Positions 46,109 to 60,570 of a stretch of DNA of 62,687 bases are shown here, in pieces. This DNA comes from Haliotis rubra (lineage: Eukaryota): assembly GCF_003918875.1 (NCBI RefSeq), contig NW_025765147.1, positions 186,001 through 248,687 on the forward strand, in the 5' to 3' direction. The stretch's first letter is position 1. Every line of letters begins with the position of its first letter. The translations under genes and the position numbers were made by a program. The notes below the pieces were generated by a model. It had not been told where the DNA came from and made no database searches. It saw nothing but the letters and a program-made list of their open reading frames with translations.

Positions 46109-48930
46109 TTCCCAGGCCTCCTTATCAATACTGCTGTTCATCGGCTTGCATGGATAATATATTGTTGTGTGATGAACACATATATCTCCAGACTCTGGGA
46201 ATGATATTAATACATGCTGCAACACAAAGTAAACTCGCTGGCGTGGTTGTCATAGTGTCCCAATTGCATAAATCGATGATCATGATGTCAATGAGGGGAT
46301 TCTCAAGTCCAGACCTACAGAACGATAAATTTACAGTAACGAATTCGAAACAAAATGTCCAAAGTCAAATGTCTGAATAGAAAAGGTAATTTGAGGGATT
46401 TGTTACACCCGGGTTCTTCTTCGGTTGGCAAATATATCTGTATGAAACACATTCCCACTTCATTTAGAAGACATGACATTGCACTGATGAAGATGTTGCT
46501 GTTTACACATCGTGTGTGCTACAAAGTGAACGGTAAGCAAGGTGATGGGTAGGCTGTGACATGTCATGCAAATACAACATGTGGCTATTCCAGGAACACA
46601 AAAATACACGCAGCATCTCAATGAGAGTGCTTACACCTGAGGTGATCCCTGTTTGATGGTGATTCATAAGCACATGATTCTGATGTAGTCAGACTATTCA
46701 TTAAAGAATGGAGGTTGTCGCCTTATACAAATATTTGTAAAAGGATTATGATACGATTGGTATCTGAATAATCGTGCTTCGTGTCGACAGGAAAACGTGT
46801 GTAGGTTTTCTGTGTGATAACTTTCCTCGTGATAAGCAATATGTGTCACGGTATGATCTGCTATGAGGTATCACTACTTTTTTTATCTCCCATAAATGAT
46901 TCAACTGCTACAGCAGCTACTATAACTACTGATAACCTCCCAGTGGCTGCTCAATACTATCAGGATAGGACACTGACTAACATGGTACAGCAGGGCGTTG
47001 TTTGCAGGTCACAAATCAGTATTCACCTCCTCACGATGAACGTACAGGATGATGAGAGTGAGACGTCAATGCCTCACAATAAACAGTCGCGATTATCAAA
47101 CAAAACATATTCCACTGGGTGTAAACAGGAAAGTAAAGGTAACAAATTTGGGTAAATCACAGAGAATCAGTATAGGCATCAGGATTTCACGAATAGTGCA
47201 AATGTCCCCTGCACCACCACTAGCACAGGCTACTCTAACAATGTGACAGGTTTTTCCGTGTTGTTGCAACTGTTACACTTCACTTGACTTTTGTGTCAGA
47301 GCTACCCAACCCAGATATGATAACGATGTAGCCTGGACTACCTTTTACTTGGCAATGTCAGAGAGCGTGAGCTTCAGAGCTATACACTCCCGGCTAATTT
47401 CGAAATGTGTTGTTGCTGGTGCGTGTGTGTGTGTCATGTGTGCACTGTTTCGAGGCCGTTTTAGAGGTATTTATACATGTACAAAATATCCACAATGTAT
47501 ATTAGGAGGTATTTTACCTATTCCAACTATGGTTTCAGATACATCTTCAGGCGTCATTGCTTAAAATTTCTGACTGTTGATAAGGTCGACATTGAAAGAC
47601 TTCGCCTGGGTGAAATATTGTTTTGTGACGACCGCATTCATTTGTAGTCCTTTGAAAAGGTGTGATACATATATACATGCATAATGCACACCTTTTTAAA
47701 ACGATTTTGCTGTATTTAAAGTATCTGAATGGTCTTGCCAAAGAGTTACGGTCACAGGTTTGTTACTGGTATCAAACAAACACTTATGACAATATGTATA
47801 GGAAAACAGTCACCATTGATGATCAAAGGATAAACAGCTGTGTATCTGAAGTGTGTAAAAGTCACCAAATGCAGGTATGAGGCCACGGTTTGCGGGGTCA
47901 AAAAGTAGAATTTGTTTGGCTGAAGGGCTACAAGGGACGGTAAACGAAACCGTTTAATTATTTGTGTATTTTGGGGGGAATATTCCAACTATGAAAAGCG
48001 TAAGGCTAAATTTTGAAATGAGTAAATAATCACACAGATCAGTGGAGGTTACACAAGTTATACTGGGCCAAAAGGAATTAGGTTTACAATCACGAAAGGG
48101 AATACCATAGTAAAATCCGCAGAAGATGAGACTCTTTATATTTATTCATTTAACAACTTTTAGAAGCCGGTATGATGAACAGGTACTTTTTATGGACAAG
48201 TTTTTTATTGCAATGGAGGCATCGTTTCGATGTAGATGCTAACACCGTTATCAAGCAAGTGATATACAACATTATGGACAAGGCGAATATATACATGGAC
48301 GATATTGGAGCTATACAATTATTCTATTCATGAAACGCTGAATACACATGCAACATATCTTTTTGAAGAATGTCAGTTACATTTCGTTAATTGGTGCCGT
48401 GTAGAAACGCAACCATTCAAAGCTTTTGAAGCTTTATACAGTATTATACATATATTAAGCAGAATTAACGTGAACATTGTGACAGTTATGGGCAGTGTTA
48501 ATGACTTTCAAAGGTAAAAAAAGCGGTGCGGCAGTCTGCAACATGGTGTCCTTCATGAGGCTAGCCTTGCAGCCTCGTTGCAATGGCTGTTGTACCGGAA
48601 TATGGAAATTAGCCTCTATGTCCAGGTTCACCTACTGACTATCAGGTGTTTTGAATACCGAGCCCTTACGTTAATATAATGACTTGGTGGTTGTCACAGA
48701 GTGCTGGTAGATGAACTAGCACTTGAAAGACAAAGCCATTCCACTTATGAAAACATATGTCAATCAGTTTATGTGTTCGAAAACGTGGTCACACAGTTTT
48801 TATTTGGCCATCCACCCTAACCCGCGCATATATGATGAAAGTAATTGAATATAATGGTCTATATGGAAAATATTACAACATTAATAACTTCATGCAAGTT
48901 AGGTTTCACCTGAATGACAGCAGGCATCAA

Positions 48931-51900
48931 TCAAGTGCAGATATTTAAGGTATTTTCGTACAGACTAAAGTGATTAGTACTAACATACATGTTTGATTCT
49001 CCCACTGCTTCCCCGATGTCTTGATTAATAGAACCAACGTTGACATAACATGACGTGCCAGTTGACACATTCTGATCATTAACGTATTCGTTATTGACAT
49101 ATGTGTATTCGTTTTCCCTTGTGTTCTCACAACTGGTAGAAGCTGTCGTGTTAACATAATGGATCCTTGATCTGACCATCCCCTTGGTGTTCCGTGGCTT
49201 TGTATGCTCTGGTACTGAGTATGATCGAAGGGTTCCGCTACACACAGTTCATAAGATGGCATGACTGCTTCTTCAGCGTCCCTGGCTTGGGGCCTTTGTC
49301 CTTTCTGCCTCCTGAAACATCGAATTATGAATAATGATATTACAATGGTGCTTCCTAACAATATTCAAAATTTAGAAAAAGTGATAATTGAACTGGGTCA
49401 AGAGAGTGATATAGCGAGAGTGAATCGGATTGTGAAAGTAACTGACATTGTAAAGTTAGTATATCAAGCTAGATAGCATAAATCAAGCTTGACTGTAAAA
49501 ACAATTCAAGTAAAACATGAAATTATGTTTTTTGTCAAAAGAGTTGTTGTCAGGGACAAGTGCTGTAACCAATCCATGTATGCATGCTTCGCACGAACGG
49601 AACATTAATAACATTCTCTGCTCCCCTATTTAATGGAGATAGTCCGACCTGCCGTTTGTGTCATTTGACATCCTTGGTAATGCATATGTAGAGTAGCTCA
49701 GGTCAAGCTGAACAAGCTGTACTCATGTCATTAATATTCTACATATTGACAGAGGTGTTATTTACATTCGTAGACGAAATGTTCCCACTGCACAAATGTG
49801 CAGTGGAATCCAGTACAGTTTCACCATGAATTATTCCAGTAAAAGCATGAGGACCTAAGTGTTTTGACATTATCGTTGACATTAACAGTTCCGGTGAAAC
49901 AACCAAACCAAATTCCTCTGATAGAAGAGAGGTACCTACGTCATTATTATTATACATCTTGACAGAGGTGTTATTTATATGTGTCGACGGAGTCTCAGAG
50001 AAATGATCCCTCTGCCCAAATGTGCAGTGTAATAATGCAGTAGTTTTGCCATGAATTATTCCAGTAAAAGCAAGAGGACCTTTGTGTCAGGATGTTTTGA
50101 CATTATTGTTGTCAATAACAAAGGAATTTGAGATCAGCCTATTGTTACGGTATATTCGTCCTCGTTAATCTTCCAGCGAAGCTTTAAATTGTGCTCTATC
50201 ATCATAACCTATAGAACATTTGTTTCACGCACATAATACTTTACCATCTCTTGATAGCTGTACCATACCTCATATACACAGCAGCAACAACCGCAACAGC
50301 GACGACACCAGCAACCACAACACCCACGACAATGACGTACAGTAGCGGGAACCTGCTATCGGGGGGACCCTGAAAATGTAGCGATGCATTCAAGCGAGGA
50401 AATCAAACACATTACACATTATCAGTTTGAACAGTTAATTTTTTTATGTGAAATGCACATTTATAAGCGGTATTGATATCCTTTTCAACAATGCCTTGCG
50501 TCTTTTGCATGAAAATATTTTTTCAGGCAAAACACAAAAGACGTTTTCACCGGTCACCATGCAATGTATGTGATTGATTACGGCGCCTTCAGAATTGAAA
50601 GAGGTATTTTACGCCTGGTGAGAAATATCTCTGACTACATACACTAAAAAGACTTCCCCTTTGCACTAACTCTCATAATCCTTACATATGACCTGCTTGA
50701 TTCTTAATCATATAACCTCATAGTAAATGTAATGAGTAATGATGAGGGGTATTTTCTTCTTATATGTGTGCATGCGAGTGTATTATATACATATATTACA
50801 TGCGTACCCACAATGCATTACAAACACAAAAGGTCAGCGACATAAATCGATCTTGATTATCAGCAATGAAAGACTCGAGGTTATCACTGTGTTGGCCGAG
50901 TATACAATTCAACTGTCTATCATTCATGGCATTAATATACACTTCAAAATTCTGCTGTTGAAATGTCACGTGCAACGATAACCTATATCCAAGTCTGTTT
51001 GTTTGAATAAATGCAATATCAATGTGAGAGTTAAACTGTTTATTAATTGCGCTTACCTCCGAGGTAAGCACGACGTTAAACCCAATTTCACCTCACCTCA
51101 CCCCCGAGGTGACAATAACTACAACCTGCAAGAAGTTTGCACTCTGTCATTGTCTTTAACCCGTTCGTCTTTGACGGACCCTCAAAACATATATATCACT
51201 TCCTTTACCTGCACCGGATGGAAGCGTGGATGTTTCCGATGGGTGTGCTGCCGCAGTCCGTGGTGTGACCATTGTGTTTGATGTTTCTGCCGTAGGTGAT
51301 ACAACCGCCGATGTCATCGGTGTTGGAATGGATGTTAAGGACGTTGTACTCTTATCCATGCTGACCCAGAACTCTGTAATTATTGTCGAGGATGCTATTG
51401 GTGAAGTAGTCACTTTTCTCGTAAACAATGTCGTGGATGTTGTTGGCATAGTAGTAGTTGTGGAAGAAGACACCGAAGAAGACGTTACCACCGAATCAGC
51501 TAAAGAAACACATACATGTCTTTCTTAATTTCAATGTAGCTTGAATGGAAGGTATATGATACAATGTATCTGATTTGGTAGCGGACTGATTTGGCATTTG
51601 ACAATTCAACATATGTCATATTTTGGATTATACTTTCTTAGTAAAGTACAGATTCTAGTACTGGTGGTCTGGACCACGGACGTTGTGGAAGCCTTGGTGC
51701 CTAAGCAGGCTAGGCGTCTGACTTTGTGTGCTGCTGATTAGGTGCCTGACGCTGAGTCTGTGGGTTCGAATCCCATGTGTGATGATAAGCATGCGGGTAA
51801 CACTAAATTCGTAAGTTGAAAATAAAATATATTGTACAATCAAGTGATATACGTAAAATATACCAGATTTTAGAGAATATTTTACTTTATTCGTGATCTG

Positions 51901-54900
51901 GCAACAAAAGAAAATATCATTTCAAAAATAAAATTCATTGATTTGAATTGACATCTTAGCACAAATTATTTTAATCATCATCATGATAAAAAGATTCATA
52001 ACACATAGTACACATCCAGTCTTCACTGTAGTTTCATTAAGAATGAACTGCGTCTGCCTACACTTATTCTGCCAGTAGACAAATCATCATATATTTATGT
52101 TATATGTTGTATTTATTATCTCAGCAGATATTTATACCTTTATATTATTGTTGACACGTTCGTGGTTACGTATGCCAGGATGTTTGGTGACTATATCATC
52201 GACAGTGGAGACGGTTAAGTCTCTACAACATCCCGAGGATGCAGCATTTCTCTAAAGTGTATCCATCGATACATATCTTCCACCTCGTGAAGTCGGAATG
52301 AAATTTTACTCTAACTGCTGGTTTGCCATAATGAAAGTGATGAATTAGAAAGTATGGCCAGCATATTATGTACCCAAATTGAGTTGGTGCTTACTCATAT
52401 CAATTAATCTCAATCAATCGTTGTCAAAACAAACGAAGTGAGTTCAAATTCATTGATTTTAATTGTGTAAGTGTGTAAGGGGTAAGTTCATGTCACCTAA
52501 TTCGTTAGGTAGTTCAGAAATGTGTATAACCCAGAGACTTAATCGCTTAAAACAACATGCACAGTCAGTCCCCCAACATCAAAGGATTTTCACTGTAATT
52601 ACAAATGTATACCAGGTAAGACATCACTGAATACACCTACATTCTGTCGTGTAAACACAGCGACCTTCCTTCAAGGATTAACGACAATATTTCATTTTTT
52701 AGAAGAATTGTGGACACCATGTAAAAAATTGTCAGGTGTGTTATCTTTGGTGTCCAATGAAACAAGGTCACGTGACATGGAACAGGCTTTTGGCAGCTGC
52801 AGATCAATGGTATATTGTTCAGTTATGTGGATACTGATGGATACATTTCTCAAACAAGGTACATGTAATAGCCCAATAGTTTGCTATAACGTTAGTTGGT
52901 TTGATATCTGTATTTTGTCTTTTTGTAACTGAAACCCAATGCAAAGTTTCGTAAATCAGGATAACTGAAACCTAATGAAGCCTTACCGGTTTCTCAGTAA
53001 TTTATCAATTTAAATTATCTGTAATTAAGTTTACCAAACGAAACGTAAAGGAGACAAAGTAGAATCTTAAGTTTCCATATTCTTTCAATTAGGTTTAAGT
53101 TTTCCTGAAATTAATTTTATGTGACCATATCTTTTATTTGAATTCTGGTGTACAGAAACATTGAAATCACTAAACTGAAACCTATATACATGTAGTATAT
53201 GGGCAGTTTAACAGGTTTCTGGATATATGCTGTATATACTGGTATATATGGAGTCAAATTAATTTCCTCTACGTTCGTTTCATTCAAGTTCTCATCAATG
53301 ATGGTTTCCAGTTGCGTTACGCAATGGAAATTACCAATGATACTTTCTGGAAACTAACTTTGTTGGTATCCGGCAGTTTCCCAGTCGCTGAAGCTAACCT
53401 TGTTGGTTTCCGGCAGGTTCAGGTCGCTGAAACTAACCTTGTTAGCCGGAAACCAACAATCATAGTTTCCGTGAGCGGAAACCTACGTGATTCTGACATT
53501 ACCAAGTTTCATGTAGGTTTCCGGAAAAATGGAACCTTGTACCTTGTTATTTTTGCTGTGATAGGACTCAACCCAACAAAAGTACTAGAATCTGTACTTT
53601 ACTAAGACAGTGAAATCTCAAATACAATATACGTTACATTTGACGACTTTCTAATCTCATTTTGTATTCATAGTCGGCAATTTACACATGAAAGTTCAAG
53701 TGTTCCTTTGTTCTTTTCCAGGTTTCTTCTCAAGGTTGCACTGTGGATGAAAATAAGGAAATAAATAACGGAACATTTGTACTTTCATGTGTTCCCTTAT
53801 TTGTTTCCATGAGTATATTTAACCAGACCGTAAGCATTGCGCTGATTCAGTTATACGTTTTGTGAAGATATACAACCGCTCAAACAGTCCATGAATGATC
53901 TCATATATCTTCAGTAATGTTCAACGGTCAATTTGTGAAACGTCCCGTCAGAGCCAGCGTCCTGGTGGTGTTAGTGAACTTCCCTCGAATCACTGTCGGT
54001 ACAGTAGATGTATTTGCTATCTGAATTTAAATATCTAATAACAAACTAGTTTTCCATATTAGATTTTAGTTGGTGCCGTTTTCGCCATAAGATATGTAGC
54101 CGTTTTTGCCAAGTCGAGGTTCCATTATGTCTAAATGGTGCCAAACAAATAATCCCAATGATTGGGCAAAATTATGTATCATTATTGACTGAATACATAT
54201 ATCTTCTACCGTATACTTCCACCTCGCAGAAACCCAGATTTAGCATTCTCGCATCTTCTGTAGGTTGTCGATGTATCAGGAGATGGTCCCCCCGTCACGG
54301 GTACATCACACTCCAGGGTGTACTGTGGTCCCCATCTGTAGGAAGAGTTTTGCGGGGTGTGACAGATTCTATCACCTACAGACACATATACGTCATCCTG
54401 TTGATCTGGAATATGTTTTGAGAAGAAAAAACAAAATACCTCACACTGAATTACTGGTAACATAAAAGATTTCAAAGCTGGTCAAATAATATTTAAGATG
54501 TCTCATATAAAGTACTTGCCTCATATAAAGTACTTGCCTCATATAAAGATACTCATATATCAGTATTAATACTATTTGTCAGTATTAGTACGCATTCGTT
54601 ATTTTGTGTTTCTGATGATACAGAACTTTTGCAGAATATCTTGATCCTGCTAACTGTCCTGTTCTGTGTAAACTCCGCCTCCCATGCTGGGAATATGGGC
54701 GAGACTGATGCACACTGCCCTCACGTCACACCATCAGTAACCCAGGATGCCAGCCCCCGTGATAGTGTAAGTACTGTTTACTCGCTGCTATATTAACTGT
54801 AATAATAAACAGTATCATTATCTGTTGTACGTTAAGTTCATCACATTCCAATATGGGGATTCGAGTTACTGTCTGTAGAATCCAGAGAATGTTCTTTCTC

Positions 54901-55605
54901 TTTGATTTGTCATCAAAGTTGTTTAAATCTTTAAAATATGTTGCGTCACCTTTCAGCATCTGTCCATTAGATCGAAGAAGTATTGTATTGTTTCCAACAT
55001 CATCTTCGTTACAGTGTGTTGCCCCTTTTGTTGAAAGACATCTTGTTAAATACCAAATACTAACTCTCCTACTTACACTCTTGTGGTTAACAAGTAGTTA
55101 ACAAGTAGTAAATGTCTATACAAAAAACATAATTTGGAACTATAAACCCTAGTATATTGGCAACGAGATAAGTTTTCGAGTGGTTTAGCGACAAAACATA
55201 TTCCGTTGGCCGTGAAAAGCAAGTGAGAAAGTTCTTATAACAATTAATGAAAACTTCGATATCAACGTTACCTAAGGTACAGTCCCGGGGGCAGTTGGAG
55301 ACTTGACCGGACACTGTAACGTACAGAGGATTTGGGTCAATATGAATATCTGATGATTAAATGGTTAATATAATGGTCATTCTCAGAAACATTTGCTTTC
55401 AAAGCATTCCTCTGTGAATCCAATGCAATTGTCACTGCGCATGTTTATTCTAAACTGTTTGTGTATGCTCATGTTTCAGGTTCTAGGAATGTAGGTATTT
55501 CATCATTGGCACCAGATTTATGTGTGTAGCAGATGTATACAGCTCACCTTGCAGGCTCCAGACAAGCGTCAGAATCAGGTAAGCAATGGCGTTCTGGGTA
55601 ACCAT
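48931..55605 (-). pseudogene. Receptor paralog B: lectin-like ectodomain + mucin + TM + YxN tail, several frameshifts
   Basis: Exons 55605-55548, 55313-55272, 54784-54627, 54405-54210, 51499-51209, 50369-50269, ~49312-48931; indels in exon 3, exon 4, the TM exon (G6) and the tail (~49158). Confidence 0.75.
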
Positions 55606-58474
55606 GGTTCCACATTGGTTGAGTATGACATGAAATGAATTCATCCTTAGAGACCATACCATTAAGTTCATTGAGAGGAGACGAGATCAGAAATGACACT
55701 ACAACCTCACCAGTGAAGCTCACTCTTTCTGTTGGTAAATATATGTGCGTGAAACATAGTCACACATCATTCAGAAGATAAATTTGGCTATATACTGTTC
55801 ATATACTGTACACATTATGTGTACTACAAAAGGTACATTAAGCCAGGTCGTGTGTATGCTATGATATGGTGTATAAATACAATAATTGCCTATTTCAGAA
55901 AAATGAATATTAAATCCGCCGAGGTGTGACTCCTGCTTGATGGTGATTCTTAAACAGATGATTGTGATGTAGTCGGTGTATTATAGAATGGAGTATGTTG
56001 CTTTTATACAATTATTTGTAAACTGACTGAGATACGATTGATATCTGAATAATCGTCCTTTGTGTCTACAGGAAAATGCGTTCGGGTCTACTGTGTGATA
56101 ACATTCCTCGTGATAAGTAATGTACTCCTCAAAACAAAGTCGGGGAACTTCAGTTTTAATTAACGATTGAACATATTGGGAGATATATCGGATTCAATCA
56201 ATGTTGATATGATGATTATGAATGTTTGGGGAGTGCATTACCGCTTCCACTTCCTTATGACCAATGTTTGTACAGTAATCGCTCTTGAAAAAATGATTGG
56301 TGTATGACGTGAAATTTGCATGTGTACAATTTTCATCTTCAAACAAAACATACAGGCTGGATGAAACACTAACAAATTTGTAATGCAAGATGATTGTCAA
56401 AATTAATGCAGAGATTTATTGACCTTCTTGAAAACCGTCAAAATCAAGTATGCCACCCAATGGACGTGTATGGGGCTACTGCGTTGTGCATGTCACGTGC
56501 ATCCCATGCGTTGTGTTGAGAGGTGGTGATAAGGAAAATTGTGGTGCTTTCATAAGATGTATGTCTTTGTAAGTTTATACTTCCAATCCAAATTGATACT
56601 TCAGGTTCCCCTACTTTTTAAAAAAATATATGGGAAGAGTATATAAAGAGATGTTGTCACTAACGGTATGATCTGCAAAGAGGTGTCACTACATTTTGGG
56701 GCATCTCCCATAACTGCCTCAACTGCCACACCAGTTACTATAACAACTGATAACATCCCAGAGAATACTTAATAAATGTTAGAGTAGGACACTGACACGC
56801 ATGGTACAGCGGGCGTTGTTTGCAGGTCACAAATCAGAACGCATTCCTTCACAATGCAGTAGTACGTGGGCAGATGGATGATGAACGTGAGACGTCAATG
56901 CCTGACAATAACCAGTCTCGGGTATCAAACGGAATATATTCCACTTGGTGTAAACAGCAAAGTAGAGTAAATCACTGAGCATCAGTATAGGCATCATGAT
57001 TTCACGAATAGCCCGAATGCCTCCTGACGCACGTCAGCACAAGCTACAATGTGACAGGTTTTTCCGTGTTGTCGCAACTGTTACACTTCACTTGACCTTT
57101 GTGTCATAGCTACCAAACCCTTATATGATAACCATATAGCCTGGACTACCTGTTACTTGGCAATGATCTGAAAGCGTGAATGGCAGTCAAGTGCGTCGAT
57201 ATCAGTGCTAGAACTTTAGAGATATCGCAAACTGTCGCACTGTCGAAAACTGTCGGCACGCGGTGTTGTCGGTGTTTGCCGCAATCACATGTTGCTTAAT
57301 AGGATAATCGTAACGAGCGTTCCAAGGGACATAGCTTTATGAGGTTCGCTTGAAAAAACGGTCGGTCGGTAGAGGGCGCGAGAGTCGATCTAATGCAATG
57401 TTGCATTAATTCATTCGAACTTTTTAATTTCAAATTGTAATACCTAATATTTTTTCGGAATAAAGTATATAGTAGTTTCGCTCGGGGCTGATAGTTACAA
57501 TTATTAATGAGAGAAATGCATTATTGATTTTTAGAGAAGTGTGACGTGATAGTGTGCTTTTAAGGGCTAAAAAGTTAAGTACCAAAACCTTTTAAGTATT
57601 TGTTTTATGCTACATTTTGAAATGAGTAAATAATGACATAACATCAGTGGATGTTCACAAGTTATTTTGGGACATACAGAATTAGGTTTACACTCAAGAA
57701 AGATAATACCATAAACCAGTATCATGTACTCTCTAAAATGAAATACGAATCAGACGAGACCCTGGATTTTACATGTTCATTAAACATCTTTTAGAAGCCG
57801 AACAGGAACAATTATTTTATGGATAACATCTTTATTGCAGTTGGTGCGACGTTTCGATGTAGATGGTTTCTAGCACCGTTATCAAGCCAGTGATAAACAA
57901 CACTATGGACAAGGAAAATAGAATATGAAGGATATTGGAGTTGAACAATGATTTTATTCGTAAAACGATCATTACACATGCAATATGTCTTATTGAACGC
58001 TCTCATGTTACATTTTCGTTAAATGGTACCGTGTACAAACGCACCAGTTTTAACATTTTATTAAGCTTTATAAGTATTATATGAGTGCATGAACATGTGA
58101 TGGAAAGGAGTTCTAAAACAGAATTAGCGGGACGTTGTCACACTTATGTGCGGTGTTGTGGGAACGAACCTCTTCGTACAGGTTCACCAGATCTTGCCCC
58201 TACTGACTCTCAGGTGTTTTCAAATTTGAATATTGAATCATTAAGTTATTATTGGTGGTTGTCACAGAGGGCTGGTTGATGAACCAGCTTTCGAAAAACA
58301 TATGTCAATGAATTATTTTAAGTGTTCGAAAATGTGATCACTTCTAATTTTTCCATCCATAACCCTCGCCCTTATGGGCAAAGTACTAGAATATGATGGT
58401 CTTCACGGACGATACTGCAACGTTAATAGCTCCATGCGAGTTATGTTTCACCTGAACGACAGTAGGCACCAATC

Positions 58475-60321
58475 TTAAGTGAGGATATTTGGGGTATTTT
58501 TGTACAGACTAAAATCATTAGTATTAACATACATGTTTGATTCTCCCGCTTCACCGCTGTCTTGATTATTAGAACCAACGTTGACATAGCATGATGTTCC
58601 TGTTGACACATTCTGATCATTAACGTATTCGTTGTTGACATAGGTGCATTCGTTTTCATAAATGTTCGCAAGACTGGTAGTTGTTGTCGTGTTAACATAA
58701 ATGGATCCTTGATCTGACCATCCTCTAGGTGTTCTGTGGCTTTGTATGTTCTGGTACCGAGTATGATCGATGGGTTCCGCTATGCACTCTTCATAAGATG
58801 GCACAGCTGCTTCTTCAGCGTTCTTGTCTTGGGGCCTTTTCCCTTTCCGTCTCCTGAAACATCGAATAATGAATATGACTTTATAATGGTGCTTCCAAAC
58901 AATATTTGAAAATCCGGTTCAGGTGAAACGACCAAACAAACCAAATTCCTCTGATAGAACAGAGGTACTTATGTCATTGTTTCCTCTGCCCAAATGTGCA
59001 GTGAAAGTATAGTTATTTCCAGTTAAGGAGGACTTTTGCGTCAGGATGTTTTGACGTTATCATTGTCAAGGGGAGCAAATTTGAACAGAATTTTGAGGTC
59101 AGCCTATCCCCGTTAATATTTCAGCGAAGCCTTTTAGTATGCTCTGTTATCATAACTTATACAACATTTATATCAAGAGCATAATAGTTTACGAACTGTT
59201 GATAATTGCACCATACCTCACACACACAATAGCAACAACTGCAACAGTGACGACACCAGCAACCACCACACCCACGACAATTACGTACAGTAACGGGAAC
59301 CTGTTATCAGGGGACTCTGGAAATGTAGACATACATTCAAGCGAGGAAATCGAACCCATTAGATATTAACACATAGAACATTTAAATGTTTATATGTGAA
59401 ACAGACATGTGCATACCGCATTGATATCCTTTTCAACAATGACATGCTTCTTTTAGCTAGAACACAAACAACTTTTGCACCCGTTACCATACAGCATTAT
59501 GTGATTGAATACTACTCCTGCAGAATCGAAAGAGGTATTTTACGCCTGTTGAGAAATATATCTGACTTTATATACTAAAATGACTTCCCCTTTGCAATAG
59601 CACCTTACATATAACTTGCTTGACTCTTAATCATATAACCTCAAAGTATATATAATTAGTAAATGGTGAAAAGTGTTTTCTTCTAATGTGTGTACCTGCG
59701 AGTATGATATACATATTATAATTACAGGCGTGATGTACTACCCACAATGTAATACAAACACAAAAAGTACCCGATATAAATCGGTCTTGATCATCTGCAG
59801 TGATTAATAATAGTGAAAGACTCGAAGGGACATATTATCATAGTTTTGGCCGAGTATACAATATAACTGTTTTGTTTTTTTCTTTAATGACATGTAAACA
59901 TGTACTTACAAATTCTGCTGTTGAAATGTCACGTGTAACAATAATCCTTCTCCAAGTCTGTTTCAATACAAGCAGTATCAATGTGAGATTTAAACTGGTT
60001 ATTGACTGCGCGTACCTCTGCTGTGACAAGAACTACAACCTGCAAGAATTTAACCCGTTCGTCGTTGAAGAACCCCCCAAACATATACATCACTTCCTTT
60101 ACCTTCACCAGATGGAGGCGTGGATGTTTCCGATTGGTTTGCTGTCGCTGTTGTTGGTGTTGCCATTGTGTTGGATGTTTGTGCAGTAGTGGACATAGTG
60201 ACCAAGAACGCTGTACCTATTGGTGAAGTAGTCACGTTTGTCGTAGACAATGTCTTGGATGTTGTTGGCATGGTAGTAGTTGTGGAAGAAGACATTGAAG
60301 AAGACGTTTCCAGCGGTACAG
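58475..60321 (-). CDS. Receptor paralog A, 3' part: mucin stalk, TM, YxN-rich tail; 5' exons off the right edge
   Basis: Exons 60321-60103, 59316-59217, 58853-58475 join in frame; tail has 9 Tyr, 8 of them YxN. Confidence 0.82.
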
Positions 60322-60570
60322 CTAAAGAAACACATGCATTTCTTTCTATATTGATACGTAGCTTGAATGGAAGGTATTTCTAATGCTACACATGTGTCTG
60401 ATTTGGAAGCGGTAAAGTGTCTGCAGTCGACAGTATATCAATATACTTAACCAGACCTTAAGCGTTCGGCTAATGATACTGATTCAGATATCAGTTTCGT
60501 GAAGATATACAACACACAGTCAGATGGATTTCATCTAACATTGATGTCATATATCTTCAAGTTTGACCAG

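Noticed and set aside
52650-53560. Possible TIR element with GGAAAC/GTTTCC motifs ending TTTTGCTGTG
   Set aside because: Could not define a matching left TIR or TSD
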